A stretch of DNA of 64,000 nucleotides from Bacteroidales bacterium (GCA_007129255.1 SKVW01000059.1:2204-66203); one strand, 5' to 3'. Numbered from the stretch's first letter, positions 1 to 10,331 are shown. Notes: generated by a model not told the origin, from the sequence alone. Numbers and translations are program-made.

Positions 1-1245
1 CCCTTGTTCTGGTTGTTGCTTTATTACCTCAGCGGATCTTACCGGAACATATTCAGGGGCTCAAGGCTCGGACAATTTGGACAAACTCTTTTTACTTCCA
101 TCCTCGGGGTACTGGTAATTTTCTTTGTAGTGCTGCTCGATCAGGAAATAAATACCAGCAACGAATATTACCAGTCATTCCTGGCTTTATTGGTTTTTCA
201 TGTCTCGTTTACCGCCACTTTTCGGTTTATCCTTTCCACCAATGTGATTAACAAAATACATAACCGTAAAATTGGCTTTAAGACCATCATTATTGGCAGT
301 CAGAAAAAAGCCCTGGATATTTATAAAGAACTGGAGTCCCAGAAAAAATCTTCAGGAAACAAACTCATTGGCTTTGTAAACGTAAATCTTTATGATGACT
401 ATCCTTTATCCGATAACCTGCCAAGACTGGGTTGGTTTAAAGACCTGAAAGAAATTGTGGAGGAACATGGTGTAGAGGAAGCCATTATTGCCATTGAACC
501 GCGCGAGCATAAAAACCTTAGCAAAATTCTTACTGACCTTTACGCTTCAGACGTAATTGTAAAAGTTATCCCGGAATTGCATGATATTTTGCTGGGTGCC
601 GTTAAAATGACCTCAATTTTCGGCACTCCTTTAATTCAGATTCAACCCGGGTTGATGCCTGCCTGGCAACAATCGATTAAGCGATTTCTCGACCTTGTTG
701 TTTCGGCAGGAAGCCTGGTTGTTCTTTCCCCTGTTTTTCTGATTACCGCCATTGGGGTGAAGGTTACATCAAAAGGTCCTGTTTTTTATGCCCATGAGCG
801 AATTGGCTTACATGGTAAACCTTTCATGATGCATAAGTTTCGTTCGATGTATGTGGATGCAGAAAAAAACGGGCCCCAGCTTTCCTGCCAAAACGACCCC
901 CGCATTACCCCCTTAGGCAGGTTCATGCGTAAGGTGCGCCTGGATGAAATACCGCAGTTTTACAATGTATTGATAGGCAATATGTCTTTGGTGGGCCCAC
1001 GACCCGAAAGAAAATTTTACATTGATAAGATCACCAAAAAAGCCCCGCACTATAACCTGCTGCAAAAAATAAAACCCGGGATTACCAGCTGGGGTCAGGT
1101 AAAATACGGTTACGCTGAAAATATAGATCAAATGATTGAGCGACTAAGGTATGATCTGCTTTACCTCGAAAACATGTCGCTGGCCGTAGACTTTAAAATT
1201 CTGATCTATACCGTTTTAATTATTATAGAAGGGCGGGGAAAGTAA
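1..1245 (+). CDS. Polyprenyl-phosphate glycosylphosphotransferase (bacterial sugar transferase, WbaP/EpsB-like), 5' end cut by window edge
   Basis: Reading frame is open from base 1; the track start at 4 is a TTG artefact. It has N-terminal TM segments, a Rossmann-like linker (FKTIIIGSQKKALDIYKEL) and C-terminal sugar-transferase signatures (MHKFRSM, DPRITPLGRFMRKVRLDEIPQ, LVGPRPE, KPGITSWGQV). Confidence 0.88.
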   Translation, partial: PLFWLLLYYLSGSYRNIFRGSRLGQFGQTLFTSILGVLVIFFVVLLDQEINTSNEYYQSFLALLVFHVSFTATFRFILSTNVINKIHNRKIGFKTIIIGSQKKALDIYKELESQKKSSGNKLIGFVNVNLYDDYPLSDNLPRLGWFKDLKEIVEEHGVEEAIIAIEPREHKNLSKILTDLYASDVIVKVIPELHDILLGAVKMTSIFGTPLIQIQPGLMPAWQQSIKRFLDLVVSAGSLVVLSPVFLITAIGVKVTSKGPVFYAHERIGLHGKPFMMHKFRSMYVDAEKNGPQLSCQNDPRITPLGRFMRKVRLDEIPQFYNVLIGNMSLVGPRPERKFYIDKITKKAPHYNLLQKIKPGITSWGQVKYGYAENIDQMIERLRYDLLYLENMSLAVDFKILIYTVLIIIEGRGK

Positions 1246-1254
1246 AAAAAACCG

Positions 1255-1848
1255 CTACAAGGCTCCGGATTCAATCATCTGTACGATCTCTTCAATCAAT
1301 TGGTCTTCGCCTTCCGGGTCATATTCCGTTTTTAAATTATATCCGAAAAGCCTGCCCAGAGATTGCCAGAATACAGCAGTAAACATCCCCCTGAAATCTT
1401 TCAATACTTCATAAGATGTGTGGTTGGTTTCCCGGTCAACAAGTTTTATTAAAATCAGGCCCTGAGAAAAAGTAAGTTTTCTTAAATCGTCTTCAAACTG
1501 TTTCCTTAACTCTTCTTCTGCCTTTCGCATGGCCCGTCTTCTTTCGCTACCCGACTCCAGTTCCATAAGCTGCTTATTATACTCCTGAAATTTAATTCCG
1601 GCCAAACGGGCATAAGGGTAAACGATTTTGATGTTCCTTACCAACCGTCGATACCTGTATTCCTCAAAACGGTTTTTGAATATCCTTGGAGCTGAAATAT
1701 TAACGGGACGAAGTTCTATGATGGGTATGGTATCACCGTTTCGCACGATGGCATAGTGGGTGGTTCCTCTAACCTCCTGCGCAGTTGCTTTTTGGGTGGT
1801 GGCCAAACCAGCAAATCCAATCAAAAGAAAAAAAATCAGATGTCGCAT
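1255..1848 (-). CDS. Secreted hypothetical protein (resembles the Bacteroidota DUF4294 family)
   Basis: 197-aa ORF with a signal peptide (MRHLIFFLLIGFAGLATTQKATAQ). The family assignment is from memory of the overall pattern only. Confidence 0.6.
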   Translation of the reverse strand: MRHLIFFLLIGFAGLATTQKATAQEVRGTTHYAIVRNGDTIPIIELRPVNISAPRIFKNRFEEYRYRRLVRNIKIVYPYARLAGIKFQEYNKQLMELESGSERRRAMRKAEEELRKQFEDDLRKLTFSQGLILIKLVDRETNHTSYEVLKDFRGMFTAVFWQSLGRLFGYNLKTEYDPEGEDQLIEEIVQMIESGAL

Positions 1849-1892
1849 AGAAGCAAACTCATAGTCCAGTTCAAACTGTCAATTTATGTGCC

Positions 1893-1926
1893 AAAAAAAA
1901 GCGCCTGTTATTTTAACAAACGCTTT
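1893..1926 (-). terminator. Probable intrinsic terminator after clpX
   Basis: Minus-strand RNA reads AAAGCGUUUGUUAAAAUAACAGGCGC followed by U8. It is an imperfect hairpin about 55 nt after the clpX stop. Confidence 0.45.
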
Positions 1927-1981
1927 AAATTACAAAAAATTTTAAAGTTTTCCCAGTGATCTGGCAATATTAGAGGGCTTT

Positions 1982-3226
1982 TCAGGCAACCCTTAACCTG
2001 TCAAGGCGGCTTTTTTCCAGTTTGTTCCTGGCATAATCCAGGGTAAGGATAAACGTATCGGTTTCTTCTTTCTGGGAAGAAGGAATGTCAAACATGGCAT
2101 CCAGCATTATCAACTCACAGATAGACCTCAGCCCTCTTGCACCAAGTTTGAATTCAATGGCCTTATCAACAATATAGTTGTAAACATCTTGCTCAATCTC
2201 AAGCTTTATATTGTCCATTTCAAAAAGCCTGACATACTGTTTTACCAAAGAATTACGGGGTTCGGTAAGAATTTGCCTGAGGGCTTCCCGGTCAAGGGGG
2301 TTCAGGTAAGTTAAAACCGGTAATCTTCCCACCAATTCGGGTATCAACCCGTAGCTTTTTAAATCTTGCGGGGCCACATACTGGAGTATGTTTTCACGGT
2401 CAATTCTTCCGGATTTACTTGCACCATAACCAATGGCATTGGCCTGCAGCCTGGAAATAATTTTTTTGTCGATACCGTCAAAAGCACCTCCGCAAATAAA
2501 CAGGATGTTCTGGGTATTCACCTGTATCATTTTTTGCTCCGGATGCTTTCTCCCCCCCTGGGGAGGTACATTAACCGAAGCCCCTTCCAGAAGCTTGAGC
2601 AATGCCTGCTGCACTCCTTCTCCTGAAACATCACGGGTAATAGAGGGGTTGTCGCTTTTGCGGGCAATCTTATCTACCTCGTCAATGAAAACGATACCCC
2701 TTTCGGCTGCAGCCACATCATAATCGGCTACCTGCAGCAACCTGGCAAGAATGCTTTCCACATCTTCCCCCACATACCCTGCCTCGGTAAGCACCGTGGC
2801 ATCGGCTATGCAAAAAGGCACCTGCATCATTTTTGCAATGGTACGGGCCAAAAGCGTTTTGCCGGTACCGGTTTCACCCACCATTACGATGTTAGACTTT
2901 TCAATCTCTACGTCATCAGCATCATTATTCTTTGGGGGCGAATAATTTATGCGCTTGTAATGATTGTAAACGGCCACGCTCAAAACCTTTTTGGCATCTT
3001 CCTGTCCGATAACATACTGGTCGAGGTGCTTTTTTATCTCAAAAGGCTTAAAAAGCTTGAAAGAAGGAATTTTATTCTTTGCTTTTACGGTGCGTTCTTC
3101 GGAAACAATAAGGTTTGCCTGCTCCACACAGCGCTCACAAATGTGTGCACCCACACCGGAGATCAGCATATCTACATTTTTGCCGTCACGACCGCAAAAA
3201 GAACATTTTCTGTTTTCTTTACTCAT
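1982..3226 (-). CDS. clpX: ATP-dependent Clp protease ATP-binding subunit ClpX
   Basis: N-terminal zinc finger (CSFCGR...CERC), Walker A GETGTGKT, and full-length ClpX-like sequence. It lies adjacent to clpP. Confidence 0.97.
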   Translation of the reverse strand: MSKENRKCSFCGRDGKNVDMLISGVGAHICERCVEQANLIVSEERTVKAKNKIPSFKLFKPFEIKKHLDQYVIGQEDAKKVLSVAVYNHYKRINYSPPKNNDADDVEIEKSNIVMVGETGTGKTLLARTIAKMMQVPFCIADATVLTEAGYVGEDVESILARLLQVADYDVAAAERGIVFIDEVDKIARKSDNPSITRDVSGEGVQQALLKLLEGASVNVPPQGGRKHPEQKMIQVNTQNILFICGGAFDGIDKKIISRLQANAIGYGASKSGRIDRENILQYVAPQDLKSYGLIPELVGRLPVLTYLNPLDREALRQILTEPRNSLVKQYVRLFEMDNIKLEIEQDVYNYIVDKAIEFKLGARGLRSICELIMLDAMFDIPSSQKEETDTFILTLDYARNKLEKSRLDRLRVA

Positions 3227-3252
3227 TTATTTGTTTGTTAATTCAATAACCC

Positions 3253-3945
3253 TCAGGATTTGCCACCGGCCAGCTTGTTGGAAGTAAGAACCTCGTCAAT
3301 CATTCCGTAATCTTTTGCTTCCTGTGAAGTCATCCAATAGTCCCTGTCCGAATCTTTGTAAATTTTTTCATAATCCTGCTTGGTATGCAGGGCTATGATC
3401 TCGTACAATTCTTTCTTGATCTTAAGAATTTCCCTTGCGGTAATCTCGATATCGGATGCCTGCCCCTGTGCTCCACCCATTGGCTGATGAATAAGAATAC
3501 GGCTGTGCTTCAGGCCCGTGCGCTTTTTTTCGGCACCGGCACACAAAAGCACTGCCCCCATTGAGGCGGCCATGCCGGTGCAGATTGTGGCCACGTCGGG
3601 TGCAATGTACTGCATGGTATCGTAAATGCCCAGACCGGCATAAACGGATCCGCCGGGGGTATTCAGGTAAATCTGGATGTCCTTTTTGGGATCTACCGAC
3701 TCCATATACAGCAATTGCGCCTGAATAATGTTGGCAACATAATCATTGATGGGAACCCCCAGAAAAATAATGCGATCCATCATCAAACGGCTAAATACGT
3801 CCATGGTGGCCACGTTTAACTGCCGCTCCTCTATAATGGTAGGGCTTATATAGTTTCCATGCACTGAAGTATAGTTGTGCAGGGTGGCACTGCTGATACC
3901 CCGATGCCCTGTGGCATATTTGGTAAAATCATCTTTTGAGCTCAT
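3253..3945 (-). CDS. clpP: ATP-dependent Clp protease proteolytic subunit ClpP
   Basis: The 230-aa product has ClpP core motifs (RIIFLG, TICTGMAASMGA, ILIHQP). Gene order is tig-clpP-clpX. Confidence 0.97.
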   Translation of the reverse strand: MSSKDDFTKYATGHRGISSATLHNYTSVHGNYISPTIIEERQLNVATMDVFSRLMMDRIIFLGVPINDYVANIIQAQLLYMESVDPKKDIQIYLNTPGGSVYAGLGIYDTMQYIAPDVATICTGMAASMGAVLLCAGAEKKRTGLKHSRILIHQPMGGAQGQASDIEITAREILKIKKELYEIIALHTKQDYEKIYKDSDRDYWMTSQEAKDYGMIDEVLTSNKLAGGKS

Positions 3946-3950
3946 AGGTT

Positions 3951-5354
3951 CTATTTTTCTGTTTCAGTATCTTTTGTCCCGGAAGCTTGACCTCCCTGGT
4001 ACTTTTCTGTTACTAATTTAACAAAATCATCAAAAGAAATCTCAATTTCCTTGAGTTTTAATTTTTCTTTAAACAATTCTGTAAGTTTCTTTTCAAAAAG
4101 GTGCTCATAAACTTTTTTTATCTCCTCCTCATTGGAAGTGATGTTTTTTATGAACTCGTTGATCATGCTTTGCTCAGGATCTTCCTGCCCATATTGCTTG
4201 AGCTGTGTGCGGATATATTGTTCAAGGTGTTCGTTTACTTCTTCGGTTTTAACCTCCAGCTTATTTTGCTTGATCAAATGGTTTTCGATAAGCTGCCAGC
4301 GAAAAGTATCCTTGAAATTATCAAAGTCTTTTTCAATCTGTTCAGGGGTAAGTTCCTGCTTATTGGCATCCAGAAGCCATTTTTTCAGGAAATCATCCGG
4401 AAGATCCAGGTCAGTGACTTCGATAAGTTTTTCCCTGACCAGGTTTTTAAAATGCTTGTCGGCATCCCCTTGGTATTGCTGGCTTATATTGTCGGCAATA
4501 AAATCTCTGAACTCCTCTTCGGTTTTTATTCCTTTACCAGGTGCAGCCTTTTCAAACAATTCCTCATTGATTTCGGCAGGCTCCACACGGCTGATACTTT
4601 CCACCGTGAAGCGGAAAAGCGGGCTGTAATTGGCCAGTTCTTCCTTTTTTACACCTACCATGGCAGCAGCTTCCGCATCCGACTCCAGGGCTTTTAAAAT
4701 ATCCATAACATAAGATGCCCCGGGTTTGGCACCGATCAATTTGTTTTTTAACTCTTCATCTTTAATGTATTGAATATAAAGATTGGCTTTATTGGTTTGC
4801 CCATCAGGCTTGGGTTGTTCTTCCGATTCCATTTCGGTAAATTCACCAAAAAGCACATCATCCTTTTCAGCAACACCAGGACTGGTCATTTTACCAAAAC
4901 GCCGGCGGATATCTTTCAGGTAGTTATCGACAATATCATCGCTAACTTTGATTTTGTAATAATCGACTTCGATATCTTCAGAGAGGTCAAGATCAATTTC
5001 GGGAGACAGGCCGATGTGATAGAAAAACTCAAATTCGTCCTGGTTTTCCCAATCAATTTCTTTGGCCTTTTCCTGGTCAGGAACAGGATGCCCGAGAATA
5101 TTCAGTTCATTCTTCTTAACATAATCTAAAACCGCATCAGCCAGGATCTTATTTACCTCTTCGGCTTTTACACTCTTTCCGTAAAGTTTTTTTACCATGC
5201 CAAAAGGCACTTTCCCGGGCCGAAAGCCCGGCATTTGCGCTTTGCGTTGAAAATTTTTCAACTCCTTGGCAACCTGGTCTTTGTAGTCTTCTTCTTTAAG
5301 TTCAACCTTCAGGACAGCTTCCAGTGGTCCTTTATTCTCCTGCACAATATTCAT
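3951..5354 (-). CDS. tig: Trigger factor
   Basis: The ribosome-binding N-terminal motif (GFRPGKVP) is present. The product is acidic and multi-domain (467 aa), located upstream of clpP-clpX. Confidence 0.93.
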   Translation of the reverse strand: MNIVQENKGPLEAVLKVELKEEDYKDQVAKELKNFQRKAQMPGFRPGKVPFGMVKKLYGKSVKAEEVNKILADAVLDYVKKNELNILGHPVPDQEKAKEIDWENQDEFEFFYHIGLSPEIDLDLSEDIEVDYYKIKVSDDIVDNYLKDIRRRFGKMTSPGVAEKDDVLFGEFTEMESEEQPKPDGQTNKANLYIQYIKDEELKNKLIGAKPGASYVMDILKALESDAEAAAMVGVKKEELANYSPLFRFTVESISRVEPAEINEELFEKAAPGKGIKTEEEFRDFIADNISQQYQGDADKHFKNLVREKLIEVTDLDLPDDFLKKWLLDANKQELTPEQIEKDFDNFKDTFRWQLIENHLIKQNKLEVKTEEVNEHLEQYIRTQLKQYGQEDPEQSMINEFIKNITSNEEEIKKVYEHLFEKKLTELFKEKLKLKEIEISFDDFVKLVTEKYQGGQASGTKDTETEK

Positions 5355-5424
5355 AAGATTTCTTTCTTTTTTGGGATTAATTTTTTTCGGAGATTTTATG
5401 AAAAGTGAAATTTCAATTTTTAAA

Positions 5425-5474
5425 TAAATAAAAATAACCCCGCCAGACCATTACTCAACGTCACTTACGGGGTT
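5425..5474 (-). terminator. Possible terminator after tRNA-Leu
   Basis: AACCCCG (5436-5442) pairs with CGGGGTT (5468-5474). On the minus strand this is followed by AUUUUUAUUUAUUU. The loop is long (25 nt), so confidence is weak. Confidence 0.35.
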
Positions 5475-5487
5475 CTTTTTCATTTCA

Positions 5488-5572
5488 TGGTGCGGATGGA
5501 GGGACTCGAACCCCCACGCCTCTCGGCACCAGATCCTAAGTCTGGCGCGGCTACCAATTACGCCACATCCGC
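5488..5572 (-). tRNA. tRNA-Leu (anticodon UAG), CCA encoded
   Basis: Minus strand reads GCGGATGTGGCGTAATTGGTAGCCGCGCCAGACTTAGGATCTGGTGCCGAGAGGCGTGGGGGTTCGAGTCCCTCCATCCGCACCA. It has a 7-bp acceptor stem, anticodon loop CTTAGGA, a long variable arm and T-loop GGTTCGAGTCC. Confidence 0.95.
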
Positions 5573-5590
5573 CTGTTGCAAAACGGAGTG

Positions 5591-5598
5591 CAAATATA
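5591..5598 (-). promoter_or_regulatory. Bacteroidota -7 promoter box TATATTTG(CA) for tRNA-Leu
   Basis: The plus strand reads caaatata, so the minus strand reads TATATTTG, 18 nt upstream of the tRNA 5' end. This matches the Bacteroides-type TAnnTTTG consensus. Confidence 0.55.
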
Positions 5599-5752
5599 CG
5601 ACATTTTTTTTACCTGACAGCGCCATTGGGGGCTTAAATTGGCCGGTCAATCGTCCTTTTTTAAAAAATTTAACGCAATGCCAGGATACAACAACAGAAA
5701 TATGCCGGCGTTTTTTCGATACTGAAGGAAAAACTAATTTAACAGCAGTGGC

Positions 5753-7933
5753 TCAGTTTTCGGCAGCTTCTTCTTCAAAAGGCAGGGAAAAAGTAAACAC
5801 AGAGCCTTTGCCTTTTTTGCTTTCCAGGGAGATGTTTCCGCCTTGTTTTTCAACAAATTCCTTGCAGAGCAATAAGCCCAAGCCGCTGCCTTTTTCATCA
5901 CGGGTACCATAGGTAGAGTGCAGGGAATCTAACCTGAAAAGTTTTTTTACATTCTCAGGACTGATCCCAACTCCATTGTCAATCACCGAAATATAAGCTT
6001 TCCCGTTTTTGCTGGAAGAAGTCAGTTTAATCTTTCCCCCTGGTTCGGTATATTTCAGGGCATTGGAGATCAGATTCCTCAATACTGTGCTGGTCATGTT
6101 CTTGTCTGCCCAAACAATAATATCATCTTCAATTTTATCCTGAATCTCAATTTCTTTTTCACGGGAACTGTTCACGAACAAATTAACATTGTCTTGAATA
6201 ATCTCCTTCAGCGGCAAATATTCAGGGCGGTAGTTGATTTTTCCTGTCTGTGCCCTGGACCAATGGAGGAGGTTCTCCAGAAGGTTGTTGATCTTAAAAA
6301 CGGATTTATCCAGTTCAAGGGCCAGTTCCTGGAGGTCATCCTTATCCAGGTTGTTGATATCTCTTTTCAATATCCTGGAAAAACTGACAATGGAAGCAAA
6401 CGGATTGCGCAGGTCGTGGGAAATAATGGAAAAGAATTTATCCTTGGTTAAATTGGTTTCAATCAGATGTTTTTCAGAGTTAATGAGCTTTTGGTTGGCT
6501 TGGTTAAGCTTTTGATTCAGGTCTTCCACCTTTTGTTTTTGTTCGATCAGGTTTTTATTCAGCTTCAACAATTTTTTGTTGCTCTGGGTTATTTCTTCTT
6601 TTTGCTTTTCAAGTAGCTTATTGGCTTTATTAACAAAAAGATAGCGACTGTAAAGCAAAAACAAAAGGATAAGCACCAGGATCACCCCCACCAGCAGGAA
6701 GTTTTTTAAAATGCGCTGTTTTTCAATGCTATAGGCATCCCTTTGTCGGGAAACCCTAACCAGTTCCATTTCACTTTCTTTTCTTTCACGATCGTGCATA
6801 ATTTGCATCTCTACTATCCGACGGCGGCTTTCTTCACTGTATATACTATCTCTCAACTCATAATGCCTGGCCTGGTATTCATAAGCTTTTTTAAAGTTTT
6901 CATTTTCAGCCATTAATGCAGCTATACACTGGTAATTTTCCGCGATCATCCTGGTAATTCCTATATTCGCGGAGATCTCCAGGCTTTTATGGAATAATTC
7001 ATCGGCTTCTTCCATTTCACCTGCCTGCATCCGGGCCTTTCCAAGATAATTGTAGGTCCTGGCAATCCCGCTTTGATCGTCTACTTCATAATAAAGGTCC
7101 AGGGCTTCATTCAGGTTTTCAAGGGCGGGTTCCAAAGCATTCTGTACAAGGAATAAATTCCCGATATTTCGAAGGGTATTGGCTATTTCTCTTTTATCAC
7201 CAATGGATTGCCGGATATTGAGCGCCTGCGAAAAATAATCCAGGGCACTTTCAAAATCTCCGGTATTTTTGCTAACCGCCCCTAAGTTGTTGAGTGAAAA
7301 TGACCGGCTTTTCTCATCTGACAGGGTGTTTTTTATCTCCAAAGAACGCAGGTGAAAGGTTTGGGCCAGCTCATAATCCCTCTGGTACTGATAAACCAAT
7401 CCTATATTGTTTAAAACAGGAGCAAGTCCCTGTAAATTATCTTTTTCTTCATATAAAGGATACGCGTCAAAAAAATACTCCAGGGCTTTTTCATAATGGC
7501 CCTGATCCAGAAAGATCAACCCGATATTGGTTAAACTGCGGGCTATTCCTATATTATCTCCAAGACGCTGATAAATGCTGTTGGCTTCCAGATGAAAATC
7601 CAACGCCATATTAAAGTTGCCAAGTTGCCAATATACAACGCCAATACGGCTCAAAGCCCCGGCAATTTTAGAATCATCTTCCAATGATTCAGCTTTTTGC
7701 AACGCCCTTTTCCCAAATTCAAGGGCCCGGCCGGGATTGTTTGATTTTAAATCCCAGGTGAGCCTGAGCAGGGCATCAACACGCACTGTATCGGGCAAGT
7801 CTGAATCCTGAGCTATCATCTCCAGGCTATCTATCCTTTTTTCAAAAAGGTTTTTTTCTTCACTTCCAAAAAGTAAAAAATGCCCCGAATTCAGAGAGAA
7901 AAGCAGCAGAAAAAAAATAAGGGTCTTATTCAT
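5753..7933 (-). CDS. TPR-repeat sensor histidine kinase (no receiver domain)
   Basis: Architecture: signal/TM segment (MNKTLIFFLLLF), about 8 TPR-like repeats, a TM helix (FLLVGVILVLILLFLLY), a coiled coil, H-box FFSIISHDLRNPF, N-box NLISNALKYT, and G-boxes DNGVGI/GSGLGL. The start was moved to M12 of the track ORF (ATG at 7933). Confidence 0.9.
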   Translation of the reverse strand: MNKTLIFFLLLFSLNSGHFLLFGSEEKNLFEKRIDSLEMIAQDSDLPDTVRVDALLRLTWDLKSNNPGRALEFGKRALQKAESLEDDSKIAGALSRIGVVYWQLGNFNMALDFHLEANSIYQRLGDNIGIARSLTNIGLIFLDQGHYEKALEYFFDAYPLYEEKDNLQGLAPVLNNIGLVYQYQRDYELAQTFHLRSLEIKNTLSDEKSRSFSLNNLGAVSKNTGDFESALDYFSQALNIRQSIGDKREIANTLRNIGNLFLVQNALEPALENLNEALDLYYEVDDQSGIARTYNYLGKARMQAGEMEEADELFHKSLEISANIGITRMIAENYQCIAALMAENENFKKAYEYQARHYELRDSIYSEESRRRIVEMQIMHDRERKESEMELVRVSRQRDAYSIEKQRILKNFLLVGVILVLILLFLLYSRYLFVNKANKLLEKQKEEITQSNKKLLKLNKNLIEQKQKVEDLNQKLNQANQKLINSEKHLIETNLTKDKFFSIISHDLRNPFASIVSFSRILKRDINNLDKDDLQELALELDKSVFKINNLLENLLHWSRAQTGKINYRPEYLPLKEIIQDNVNLFVNSSREKEIEIQDKIEDDIIVWADKNMTSTVLRNLISNALKYTEPGGKIKLTSSSKNGKAYISVIDNGVGISPENVKKLFRLDSLHSTYGTRDEKGSGLGLLLCKEFVEKQGGNISLESKKGKGSVFTFSLPFEEEAAEN

Positions 7934-8211
7934 CGAAACAATCTGAGCAATTATATATCCAAACAATGATTAATATAAAAATTATTCAAATGAAGGATAA
8001 AATACAAAGATAATTAAACCAAACATTTTATTTTATATATAAACGAAAAAATTCAAACAGATGCATACCAAACTCATTCCTAAGCAACTTAAATTATATT
8101 TATTTAATCCAATTAAAAATTTTAAAAAACCTTGTTGGATTTTTTTTAGTAACCCAATTTTTATCTATATTTAAGTACTCAATTTCTTATAAAACCTGCA
8201 AAATTGTAACG

Positions 8212-8844
8212 ATGAAAGCATTGAAAAGATTGTTCAGGTTTTTACTTCCACCTAGGAACTGGCGCTTTACCGTGGTTATTTTAAGCGGCATCTTTACCGG
8301 TATTTTATTTTTTGTGGTATATGTTTCCAATGCCGTCTCCTACTTGTCCGACGAACCGGAAACCTGTATCAACTGCCATGTGATGTACCCCTATTATGCC
8401 TCATGGGATAAGGGAAGCCACGGCCGGGATGCTACCTGTGCGGACTGCCACGTGCCCCAGGATAATTTTATTCGCCAGTACTATGTAAAAGCCACCGACG
8501 GTCTTGCCCATGCCACCTATTTTACCTTTAGATGGGAGCCCCAGGTTATTCAAATAAAAAGCAGGGGAAAAAGTGTGGTCCAGGAAAATTGTATCCGTTG
8601 TCACCTTGACATGGTGGATATGGTCCAATTGGTAGAAGTTACGGGTGAAATTGCCGAAAAAGATGAGGGAAAGCTTTGCTGGGACTGCCACCGGGAAACC
8701 CCTCACGGTTCGGTGAGAAGTTTGTCAGCTGCGCCCCACGCCCTTGTTGAAAGACTGCCTTCGGTAATGCCTGCCTGGCTGGAAAACCTGTTTTTTGGGG
8801 AAAGTCCTTCCAAGACAAGGACCTTGCCACAAAATGAGAATTAA
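8212..8844 (+). CDS. nrfH: Cytochrome c nitrite reductase small subunit NrfH (tetrahaem NapC/NirT family)
   Basis: One N-terminal TM helix and four CXXCH motifs (CINCH, CADCH, CIRCH, CWDCH). It lies directly upstream of nrfA. Confidence 0.9.
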   Translation: MKALKRLFRFLLPPRNWRFTVVILSGIFTGILFFVVYVSNAVSYLSDEPETCINCHVMYPYYASWDKGSHGRDATCADCHVPQDNFIRQYYVKATDGLAHATYFTFRWEPQVIQIKSRGKSVVQENCIRCHLDMVDMVQLVEVTGEIAEKDEGKLCWDCHRETPHGSVRSLSAAPHALVERLPSVMPAWLENLFFGESPSKTRTLPQNEN

Positions 8845-8888
8845 TTTTTTAAAAACGAATTGCATAAACCACAAAAAAATCCAAATAA

Positions 8889-10331
8889 ATGAAAAGCATC
8901 AGAGAAATTTCAGAGAAGAAACCTTGGGTCAACTGGGTTTTGTTTTTTGCCACAGTGATCATTGTTTTTGTTATTGGATTGTTTGCTGCTACTATCATTG
9001 AACGCAGAAGCGAAGCGCAGTTGTATTTCCAGATGGTGGAGCCCATTCCTGAATGGGAGCCTGATAACGAGGTATGGGGAGTCAACTTTCCCCGACAATA
9101 TGAATCTTACAAAAAAACACTGGATACGACTTTCCAGAGCAAATATTACGGTTCGGTAATGATCGATTACCTGGAAAGGTATCCTGAAATGGTGGTTATG
9201 TGGGCTGGTTATGCTTTTTCAAGGGATTATAACCAGGGCCGGGGCCATTATTATTCGGTTAAAGATGTGCACAATACCCTGCGCACGGGAGTCCCCCAGC
9301 CTGCTACCTGCTGGACCTGTAAAAGCACTGACGTTCCAAGACTTATGAATGAGATGGGCCCTTCTGAATTTTATGCACATACCTGGGCGGAGATGGGCCC
9401 CGAAATTCAAAACCCCATTGGTTGCCAGGACTGCCATGATCCCAACACCATGAACCTGCGCATTACCCGGCCGGCCTTGGCAGAAGCTTTTGAAAGGCAG
9501 GGTATCGACATTAACGATGCCACCCGTCAGGAAATGCGCTCCCTGGTTTGCGCCCAATGCCATGTGGAATATTATTTTGGTGAGGACAATTACCTGATCT
9601 TCCCATGGGATGAAGGCTTTTCAGCTGATGAAATGGAATATTACAAAGACCGCGTAGGACATACCGACTGGGTGCATGCATTGAGCCGTGCACCTATGCT
9701 TAAGGCCCAACATCCCGATTACGAACTTTACAAAACCGGTATTCACGCCCAAAGGGATGTTTCCTGTGCAGACTGCCATATGCCTTACAAGCGCGAGGGC
9801 GGTATCAAATTTACCGATCACCACTTGCGCAGCCCCCTTGACAACATAGAAAACTCCTGCATGGTTTGTCACCGTCAAAGCGAAGCAACCCTCCAGGCCA
9901 ATGTTTATGATCAGCAAAACAGGGTTTCGGAATTGCGTCGCATTGCAGAAAGAAACCTTGCCAGGGTGCACATTGAAGCCAAACATGCATGGGATGCCGG
10001 TGCCAACGAAGAAGAGATGGAGGACATCCTTCAGTTGATCCGTCACTCGCAGTGGAGGTGGGACTGGGTTGCAGCCGCCAATGCCATGGGATTTCATTCT
10101 TCAAGCGAAGCACTCCGGGTGCTGGCAACCTCCATACAAAAAGCACAGGAAGCCAGCATAAAACTTACCTCAGTATTTAACAGGTATGGAGTGGAGTACC
10201 CCATTGAAATGCCCGATCTCAGCACCAAAGAAAAAGCCCAGGAATACATCGGGCTGGATATGGAGAAGATCCGGGAAGAAAAAGAAGAATTTTTAGAAAA
10301 AACCCTGCCCCAGTGGCTGGGATCAATATGA
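8889..10331 (+). CDS. nrfA: Ammonia-forming cytochrome c nitrite reductase NrfA (pentahaem)
   Basis: It carries the diagnostic CXXCK active-site haem motif (CWTCK) plus four CXXCH motifs (CQDCH, CAQCH, CADCH, CMVCH), and an N-terminal TM/signal anchor. Confidence 0.95.
   Translation: MKSIREISEKKPWVNWVLFFATVIIVFVIGLFAATIIERRSEAQLYFQMVEPIPEWEPDNEVWGVNFPRQYESYKKTLDTTFQSKYYGSVMIDYLERYPEMVVMWAGYAFSRDYNQGRGHYYSVKDVHNTLRTGVPQPATCWTCKSTDVPRLMNEMGPSEFYAHTWAEMGPEIQNPIGCQDCHDPNTMNLRITRPALAEAFERQGIDINDATRQEMRSLVCAQCHVEYYFGEDNYLIFPWDEGFSADEMEYYKDRVGHTDWVHALSRAPMLKAQHPDYELYKTGIHAQRDVSCADCHMPYKREGGIKFTDHHLRSPLDNIENSCMVCHRQSEATLQANVYDQQNRVSELRRIAERNLARVHIEAKHAWDAGANEEEMEDILQLIRHSQWRWDWVAAANAMGFHSSSEALRVLATSIQKAQEASIKLTSVFNRYGVEYPIEMPDLSTKEKAQEYIGLDMEKIREEKEEFLEKTLPQWLGSI

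Noticed and set aside
5487-5912. 141-aa + strand ORF
   Set aside because: It begins antisense inside tRNA-Leu and ends antisense inside the histidine kinase gene.
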